Assembly (NCBI GenBank): GCA_002269645.1
Contig: NIVC01002448.1
Location: forward strand, 14,304 to 78,303
Source of the DNA: Macrostomum lignano
Lineage: Eukaryota
Length of the DNA: 64,000 nucleotides
Reading direction: 5' to 3'
Position 1 is the stretch's first letter, and every line of letters begins with the position of its first letter. The translations under genes and the position numbers were made by a program. The notes beneath the pieces are model-generated. The model ran no database searches. It had not been told where the DNA came from and saw only the letters and a program-made list of their open reading frames with translations. This document shows positions 55,173-64,000 of this stretch, one piece after another.

Positions 55173-57234
55173 TTACCGGCACATTCTCATGGTCATGTCC
55201 TTCTGCAATTAAGACCGCATATGTTTGTTTCGTTCAATTTACTGGATAGCAGGATAAGTGCAGATAGCTCCGCCTGTCAGTCAAACATGAGGACTCACCA
55301 ACGGCTCCAGTTCCTTCTTGTCCACCAGAGCGAACTCGTTCACAAAGTAGAAAAAGTGCTTGTAGCAGGTATTCACGTGAGCTTCCTGAAATATAATTAT
55401 TGTTGAAAGTTCAATAAAGTACTTTTTAAACGATGTCAAACGTGAGCACGGTGGTTTGTACGCAAGCACGCATCCACACGGAGTGTTCAACGGCCTTGAC
55501 TTTCACACAGGCGGAAATCACACGACAAACCCCCAGGCCAATTGATGCGCACGAGGCCCAAATTAATGTGGCTGAGCTTTTAGGTAAAAGTGTCAACAGT
55601 TAACACAGTTAGTGAGGGAACGAACTGCCTTGGGTAGGGTTTGGGGAGCCACTCCCTAGTGTCAAGCAGCTTGGGATGGCCGGCACAACTTATGTCAATG
55701 AAGGCAACGCTTGATACCAGATGTCCGAAATTGAACGCCCGAGTACTCACGGCGCCAACAGACACCAGGTGCTCAAAGTGGTGAATATAGACGTGAACAA
55801 AGACTCGAAATAAGCGAGTGAAAATCTTCTTAACGCTGGCCAAGTAGGTCTTGGGAAACGGCCGGCTGGAGTCGGTGGGGAAAAGTTCCTCGTCGCTGAT
55901 CTGCGTCTCAACCCAGTCCATGAGCAGGTGGATGTACTCCCTGGCAGGCAGGGAGGTCGGCTTCTTGTACTGGCCCTTGTCAGCCCACTGGTACTCGTAC
56001 TTGGAGCCGCCGCTCATCTTGGGGCAGCTGACCTCCGTGCACTCCTCCGCCACTGTGCCGTAGATCAGATTCACCCGGTTGTAGAAGTCCACAGCGTGCA
56101 CTGCAAGCCAATCGTTGAGATCCTCGCCCTGCGGCAGCTGCACCGCAGTTTTCAGATCGATGCCGGCGCTGAGAGACGCCATAGCGTTCTTGTGCAGCTG
56201 GTGGCGAAGTGTGCCCTCCTTGTACTTCTTCTGGGGCTTGAAGGTCTGTTGGTTTTATTTGGAATTGTTGCAGCTGTATTTGGTTTTGCATGCTGATGAG
56301 AGATAGACATGAACAAGAAGTATCAAATTAGAACTTAAACAATAAAAATAATTTATTATCCTCATGCTATCTATATAAACCATAGATAGAAGATCTAATG
56401 TAGATGTTAATATTATTAATTAGAATGAAGTAATTTGAACTTTTTAAAAATAAGTGTACAAATTTCTACATTTAAATTGAAGCTTCTAATATAGTCTTTT
56501 GAAGTTTTAGAAAATAGGTTTTATAAACATGCTATATTGGAACCAATTTATACACATGCATGTTATTCAAAATTTACAAAAATCAATGACAAAATATAAG
56601 TAGCTTAACAAATCTAAAATAATAGTAATACTGATGACAATATTGCACTTTATATAGATATAGTTATAGTATTGATTGGTTATAGTGCTACTTTACTTAG
56701 TTTTTATATCACTATACTATATCAATAATATATCAATACGTTATTAAGCTCAGTCTACTTCTGCAAAAATCTTGTTTCTAAAGTTAAAAATTTTAATAAA
56801 AATCTAGATCAATAAAGCTAAGCTAAGCAAGTTTATATCTACAAATCTTACACAGTTAACCAGTTAAAGGCTGCATAAAGGTAAAAAGCATATCAGTATC
56901 AATGCATTGTCTAAAAACTCAGACTTGGTAAAAAGTCTATTTGAGGTAATTTAAATATAAAATAGCATGGCCATGCTTAAGACAAATTTTTCAGCCTACA
57001 TGTACTTTTGTTAAAAGATACTTGACACAAATAGTTGAAATTTATAAATGAAGCTGATCATGCCAATTCGTTAAGATCAAGCAAATTAAATAAAATTAAT
57101 TGCACACTGCATCTGACTGAAAGATGGTATAAATATAATTAATTTAAAAAATTCAAGAAAGCCATGAGCAAAACAGCATTCAATTTTCATACCTTTTCTC
57201 GATTAAAGAACTCTTTAAATCCTCCAAATGACAT
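55173..57234 (-). CDS. MOB3: MOB kinase activator 3 (4 exons, 217 aa)
   Basis: Exons 57234-57193 ([14 protein letters not shown]), 56245-55751, 55385-55299 and 55202-55173 (KDMTMRMCR*), all phase 0. Motifs [40 protein letters not shown] and HVNTCYKHF. Confidence 0.95.
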
Positions 57235-58473
57235 TTTAAAAAGATAATAGGTCACTGCTATCAGGTGACGCAAAGCTAAGTTGCTAATTATGAGTTGAAG
57301 ATATGTCAAAGTTCGGTCGGTCAGTCAGTCAGTCAGTCGACAAGTTTAGCTCAGGTTTCTTAGAAAACTGAAATTAAAACTCGCCACTTCCTCAATTATC
57401 GCCTTTTTCAAAATTTCACGACACATTGCAACTGAGAGTCATGAACCTTTTTTCTAAAAAGAAACTGCTGTTTAAGAGAATTTCGTTAAATATATTTTTT
57501 GCTTTTACTACAACTGTTGCGCCTCTTTTTGCCAAGACACTGATGTATCTCTCTGGATTATCATTTGGGCTATGGATTACATCTCCGGTATGATTATGTA
57601 TTATTTAGATTATCGGTTTATAAGAACTGACATTGAAAGGCTTGTCCTTTTCGAGGTAAGTCCTGCCCGATCTCTACATGATATTTACGGAATCCGGTTA
57701 TAGTTGTACTGCATAGAATACATATATACAGTTCATACGTTGTAAACCACGCGTACAACAAAACGAATTTTCCTGTCTACATGTAAATTTTTATGCGCAC
57801 AATTAGTGCTAAAATTTGAAAAACTCGTTTTTTGATCAAAGCTATGGCTACGTGTACATGTGAATCTTTTTAAACAGGGTCTTTCACCATATTATTCACC
57901 ATAGTTGTATGTCAGAATTAAGAGTAAATATCAAAACAACTTTTTTTACTCTTTTACCACGTACTTTTTATGAAATTTTCTCCTTCTCGTTAAAATCATT
58001 AGCTTATCAAATTCGCGACTCTTGAGCTGCACCAATCTTGCTGAAATCACAAGCGCCATACACATGAATTTTCTCGACTTGAGCTCGCCAACCATGACAT
58101 GAGCTCGCGAAGGATCACTAACAGTGCTACTAAACAGCCAAAGATAAGATTAAAGTTGAAAACCGCTGTGCTTTGAAAAAATCAAGCATAAAATTTAGCT
58201 AGCTGAAGGGCAAGATAATTAAGTGCAATAGTCTAGGCTTCGTACATGCAGTGTCGTAGGCAGAAGTCTCACTTTTGGACAGTATATTTATCTGATCCGT
58301 TGCTTTGCTGGGCTAATTTAGAGGCTTGAAGGAGAGAAACTCTCTTCTGAATTCACTTTCTAGAGCATTCTAGAAAATACTTTTGCCTTTTCAATTTCTA
58401 AATCGCCCAGAAGCGATTGCAAATAATCAGCCTAAATCACTGAGGTCAGAAGACCCGCACTCAGCAAATTGCC

Positions 58474-61400
58474 ATGCCATCCAGCAGAGGTGGCGGCATC
58501 AGCCTGCTGGGCCTGCCGCTTCTGCTGCTGCTCGCTGCGGCAGCTGTGAAGCCGGCAGAGTCCGTGTTCTCCTTCAAGGAGGGCAAGCAGTACGTGTACG
58601 ATGTGGAGACGCACACGAAAACCAAGGACATCGGTGACCTGTTCGTCACAGGCCAGGTAGAAACAATTGTACAATCGCTTAGTGACGTGTATGCACCTGT
58701 AGGAATTTTAAAAATCAACCTAACTGCTTTTATTACCGTTAATATTTACCTAGACAGGTAATAATGCATGTAGCTTAATTTTTATCACCCATTGACTATA
58801 TTGATTTAAATTTATTAAGATTAAAGAGAAAGTTAAGAAATTTTGATCAATTGCAGTTAAAAAATTTTAATATCTTAAGGTTGGTTTGTGGCCGAGTCTC
58901 GGGTTTGGTTCATGGCCGAAGCTCGGGTTTGGTTTATCGCCGAGTCTCGGGTTGGTTTATGGCCGAAGCTCGGGGTTGGTTTTGGACCGAATCTCGGGTT
59001 GGTTTATGACCGAGTCTCGGGCTTGGTTTATGGCCGAGTCTCGGGTTTGGTTTATGGCCGAGTCTCGGGTTTGGTTTATGGCCGAGTCTCGGGTTTGGTT
59101 TATGGCCGAGTCTTGGGCTTGGTTTATGGCCGAAGCTCGGGTTTGGTTTATGGCCGAGTCTCGGGTTTGGTTTATGGCCGAGTCTTGGGCTTGGTTCATG
59201 GCCGAAGCTCGGGTTTGGTTTATCGCCGAGTCTCGGGGTTGGTTTATGGCCGAGTCTTGGGCTTGGTTTATGGCCAAAGCTCGGGTTGGTTTATGCCGAA
59301 GCTCGGGTTGGCTCGGGGTTGGTTTATGGCCAAAGCTAGGAGTTGGTTTATGGCCAATCTCGGGTTGGTTTATGGCCGAAGCTCGGGTTGGTTTATGGCC
59401 GAAGCTCGGGTTGGTTTATGGCCAAAGCTCGGGGTTGGTTTATGCCCGAAGCTCGGGGTTGGGCTCGGGGTTGGTTTATGGCCAAAGCTAGGAGTTGGTT
59501 TATGGCCAAATCTCGGGTTGGTTTATGGCCGAAGCTCGGGTTGGTTTATGGCCGAAGCTCGGGGTTGGTTTATGGCCAAAGCTCGGGGTTGGTTTATGCC
59601 CGAAGCTCGGGGTTGGTTTATGGCCAAATCTCGGGGTTGGTTTATGGCCGAAGCTCGGGTTGGTTTATGGCCAAAGCTCGGGTTGGTTTATGCCCGAAGC
59701 TCGGGGTTGGTTTATGGCCAAATCTCGGGTTGGTTTATGGCCGAGTCTTGGGGTTGGTTTATGGCCGAGTCTTGGGGTTGGTTGATGGCCGAGTCTTGAG
59801 GTTGATTGATGGCCGAGTTTCGGGGTTGGTTGATGGCCGAGTCATGGGTTGGTTGATGGCCGAGTCTTTGCTCCGATCAGAAATGTTCCAGCATCGATAT
59901 GGCTGAATCAATGAACTCGCAACTTCGCTGCTTTTATCTCATTTTCTTGAATGTCATTGCGTCAGCTGTTTCAACCCTAACATCGATCCCCGGTTTTCAG
60001 TTTTCCATCCAGCTGCAAGGCAAGGAGCCGGATGGATCTCAGCACCTGGCCCTGACGCTGACAAAGCTGCACGCCAGGAACGGCCGAGGCCAGACTGCGG
60101 GTCAGGGCAGCGACGTCAAGCTGGATGGCTGGTTCAGCTTCCACCTGGACCCAGCCGGCCGGGTCAGCCATGTCCGGTATCCGCATGACGAGACTGCGTT
60201 CTTGGCCACTGTGAAGAAGGCCATGGTCACAGCGCTTCTTGGACACGATGACGTAAGCCCGAAAATTTCAGTTTCCATGCATATATTTCCTCTCACCGCC
60301 AAAATTTCATTGAATGACTTTTCAAAGCTGCTTTATGTAAACCCAATTCAGGAGTACAAGTTCCACAACACTCACGAGTGGAGCACCAAGAATCGCACCA
60401 TCGGTCGGTATCACACCGAGATTTCAAAGACCAGGCGCGGAGTTCATGGGAACAACGTGCACAGAAATGTCACCCATGTAAGCTTTCACACTTTTATGAC
60501 AATTCTTTGCAGCACAGGCGTGCACACGATTTGCACTGGAGGAGAAGGCGAAACTCTTGGGGTGTCTTGAGCGGCACCCCTGTCTCTTGATTGGAGCAAC
60601 TGTCTTTTGGTGGGCGACCCTGTCTCTTAGGTGGGTGCCCCTGTTTCTTGGTGGCTGACACTGTCTCTTAGGTGGGTGCTACTGTCTCTTGGTGGCTGAC
60701 ACTGTCTCTTGGTGGCTGAATTTGTCTCTTAGGTGGGTGCTACTGTCTCTTGGTGGCTGACACTGTCTCTTAGGTGGGTGCTACTGTCTCTTGGTGGCTG
60801 ACACTGTCTCTTAGGTGGGTGCTACTGTCTCTTGGTGGCTGACACTGTCTCTTGGTGGCTGACACTGTCTCTTGGTGGCTGACACTGTCTCTTGGTGGCT
60901 GACACTGTCTCTTGGTGGCTGACACTGTCTCTTGGTGGCTGACACTGTCTCTTGGTGGCTGAATTTGTCTCTTAGATGGGTGCTACTGTCTCTTGGTGGC
61001 TGACACTGTCTCTTGGTGGCTGAATTTGTCTCTTAGGTGGGTGCTACTGTCTCTTGGTGGCTGAATTTGTCTCTTAGGTGGGTGCTACTGTCTCTTGGTG
61101 GCTGAATTTGTCTCTTAGGTGGGTGCTACTGTCTCTTGGTGGCTGAATTTGTCTCTTAGGTGGGTGCTACTGTCTCTTGGTGGCTGACACTGTCTCTTGG
61201 TGGCTGACAATGTCTCTTGGTGGCTGACACTGTCTCTTAGGTGGGTGCTACTGTCTCTTGGTGGCTGACACTGTCTCTTGGTGGCTGACACTGTCTCTTG
61301 GTGGCTGACACTGTCTCTTGGTGGCTGAATTTGTCTCTTAGATGGGTGCTACTGTCTCTTGGTGGCTGACACTGTCTCTTGGTGGCTGAATTTGTCTCTT

Positions 61401-64000
61401 AGGTGGGTGCTACTGTCTCTTGGTGGCTGAATTTGTCTCTTAGGTGGGTGCTACTGTCTCTTGGTGGCTGAATTTGTCTCTTAGGTGGGTGCTACTGTCT
61501 CTTGGTGGCTGAATTTGTCTCTTAGGTGGGTGCTACTGTCTCTTGGTGGCTGAATTTGTCTCTTAGGTGGGTGCTACTGTCTCTTGGTGGCTGACACTGT
61601 CTCTTGGTGGGTGCTCCTGTCTCTTGGTGGGCGCCCCTGTCTTTTAAGTCGACCCTGCCTCTTGATTTCCCTGTCTCTTGTAGCTACCCCGTCTCTTGGT
61701 ACCCTATGGCTTGGAAGGTATGCATATGCCTGTAAAAGATGCGGCTAGAATGGAGCTTCTTTCCATCATCAAGATTGGAAATGCGCTTTTGCATTTTGGA
61801 GAAGCGTATTGCAGTTGGGAGCCATTTTTGGCGTGCGACTGGAGGCTGGACGATCTTCCAGTCGGCCCGAATGCCCTCCTGCTATAAAGGCTACTGTCAT
61901 TCTCTAATTATTCCAGACCATGCACTACAATCACGTCACACGTCTGCCTGAGAGAACTTTCATACACGATGAGATCCACTTCTTTAATGATCAACCTGAA
62001 GGGTGAGTCCAGCGAAGCGTCTATCTGCCGCATGAGCATCCTCATACATGTAAACAGGTACTCTAAAATAAGGAACGTTTCTCTAATCGCAATATTTCAG
62101 CTTCGATTCGGGCGTCAAGGTCAGGAAGGGCCCACGGGTGGTGATGGACAGGGAGCACGAAGATCCGACAAGTGTGTCCAGGGTGACCACCACGGCAAAA
62201 TCGGAGTTCACGCTATCTGAAGTTCGAGACGCTTCACCGATCAAACAGAGACCAGCAAAGCTGGCGTCTGAGAATATTAACCAGACCAGGGTGAGCTCAT
62301 GGAGTTGCCAGTTAGCGTTTTGAGCATCGCAGTACATGCCAACTCACTATCCGTGTTTCAGCTGCATGAGGTGTTCCAGTCCGACTACGATTTACGAGAC
62401 GTTCGGCGCGGCATCGACTCCAACCTCACCTGTATAGCCACCGACACTGCGGAATGTGAGTTTGCTTAGCTAAATTATTTGTCAAGTTGAAAAGCTTTTG
62501 CTTGACTTTATTTTTGTCTTACGCCACTAAATTTTAGCCAAATCCGACGCTATCGACTGCTACCACAACTTGGTTCAAATATTGCAAGGACTGTCTCAGC
62601 GAGAGCTGAATGAAATTGCTTCCATGTACTTGGACCGGCCGTATGGCAATATGTAAGCTCGCGCTTTTATTGGGATACCTGCTGTTGCTTTTGAGATCAA
62701 CCGCAGCGAGCACACATGTAACTTGCTGCTTGATCTACCTACATTTCAGCACAAAGGATCTGGAGAAGAAGAGGTTCCTGGCCATGCTGGATGCAGTCTG
62801 CAGTGTTGGCTCCGTTGCATCTGACTTGATCATCAATAAACTGGTTCTCAATCCAGGAGCAGACATCCGGAGCTCGTCCAGAGGGTGCTCGTGTTTCTGG
62901 CTACAAGAAAGAACGCCCCAGCAAACGTGAGCTGAAGAATTTGGAATGCCGTATCGAAATCGTAGAATACGGTAGTCCGCTTAAGTAGGGCTTTGAACTC
63001 GTGACTCGTGTTGCAAAATGCGTTATCAAAAAGCAAAATTTCAATTTAGCATTAAACTTCGCAATATTTCTCCTTCTGGATTTTCGAATTGCACATGAGC
63101 CAAGTATTGTTCGTAGGAAAAAATTGGAAAGCATAATATTGCAGAGTGCAGAGTTCACAATTACATTTGTTTTTAGTTTCGTGTTGTGATTTTATTATTA
63201 CCAAGATATTGTTATTACCTCTACTTAAGTCGTTCATGACTCAAAGATACCAACATCCGGGTGCCATGATAAAAATGATGCTGTTTAAAAATGGTTTTAG
63301 GCCCTGGTGAATACTCTGGTCACGTTTGTGTTCAATCCCGAGGGTCAGCCCGATATCAATGACCGCGGACACTTACCACCGGCTGCTTGTGCACCGTCCT
63401 GTCCTGATGCAAAGCTACGGCAACCAGCAGCAGAAGGCCATGGCTCAGAGCATAGTTAGCCAGCTGGAAAAATTCACCGAAGTCTTCGGTGAGTAAAAAT
63501 ATCAGAAATTGCTTTCATAAAGAGCTTCAAAATTGACAATTTAAAAGCCTCGCTTTCAGATCCGTACCATCACCGGTCAAAGAGGGACGTCATGGACGAT
63601 GCAACATTCGAAAGGTTCATATTCTTGAAGTCTTCGCTGATTGACAGTTTTAGGAAATGCCGCTTTTGAGAGTTTCATTTGAGGTCATCCAGTCCTACTC
63701 TAACGAGTCGTCGGCACCCACTCTGTGGAAGCGTTCTGGGCTGCATTCTATGCGCAAATTCGAGACTATTGAGGTTTGTCTTTGTTAGTAAACAGTCTGA
63801 TTGCTCTCCTCAAGCGGGACTTTTATTTTTGTTTTTTGCATCCTGTTTTCAGGCAGCGTCAACAATCCTCACTGCCGCACTAACTGACTCTGACGAGCAC
63901 GTTCGATACGAGGCCAGCCTGATGTACGAGGCTCATCCGTCAAAAACTAAGGATATTGCCACCATGCATCGCGAATTTGTTGAAGGGTGCGTTCAAAACG
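58474..64000 (+). CDS. Secreted large lipid transfer protein / vitellogenin-N-domain-like protein, 5' part (continues beyond the window; several indels)
   Basis: Signal peptide followed by FSFKEGKQYVYDVETHT in exon 58474-58656. Further exons at about 60001/60013-60252, 60352-60477, 61919-62002, 62101-62290, 62362-62455, 62539-62652, 62749-62926, 63301-63489, 63560-63773 and 63853 onward. The later part is helical, with a SLGNAA motif (63650) and the HEAT-like ALTDSDEHVRYEA. The family call rests on these motifs only. Confidence 0.55.
58885..59865 (+). repeat. 23/24-bp minisatellite (GGTTTATGGCCGAGTCTCGGGTTT) in intron 1 of the lipid-transfer-like gene
   Basis: Direct reading. Confidence 0.95.
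60575..61690 (+). repeat. 20/21-bp two-variant minisatellite (CTGTCTCTTGGTGGCTGACA / TGTCTCTTAGGTGGGTGCTAC)
   Basis: Direct reading. Confidence 0.95.

Noticed and set aside
56246-56310. Apparent in-frame stop or frameshift at the MOB3 N-terminus
   Set aside because: Resolved by the upstream exon 57234-57193 spliced to the acceptor at 56245, giving an intact 217-aa protein.
59899-60570. 223-aa ORF as a standalone gene
   Set aside because: It reads through short introns of the lipid-transfer-like gene (donors GTAAGC at 60253 and 60478).

Overview
Eukaryotic (animal) genomic DNA with GT-AG spliceosomal introns, GC-rich exons, AT-rich spacers and many minisatellite-filled introns. This style recalls the flatworm Macrostomum, which is an inference only. 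I reconstructed six genes by hand from splice sites and reading-frame phase. (1) PKA type II regulatory subunit (+, 3889-6929). (2) A septin/AIG1-like GTPase-family gene whose P-loop is deleted (+, 18512-20460). (3) An ankyrin-repeat/pseudo-GTPase fusion gene (+, 26366-29787). (4) A 13-exon, 1824-aa gene (-, 48340-32217) combining a cold-shock domain, a ZNFX1-type Upf1-like SF1 helicase, NF-X1 zinc fingers, a PARP catalytic domain with intact H-Y-E and a second degenerate PARP-like domain. (5) MOB3 (-, 57234-55173). (6) A secreted large-lipid-transfer/vitellogenin-N-like gene (+, 58474 to beyond the window end). Mobile DNA comprises two solo LTRs, an RTE-like LINE nested in a TIR element, a SINE, a Helitron-like end and MITE/hairpin elements. 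The standout is the ZNFX1-PARP-pseudoPARP fusion, which lies next to two GTPase-dead immune-type genes and may be part of an RNA-sensing/ADP-ribosylation defence locus. No database search was run, so all family calls rest on recognised motifs. Several single-base frameshifts fall in homopolymers and may be assembly errors.
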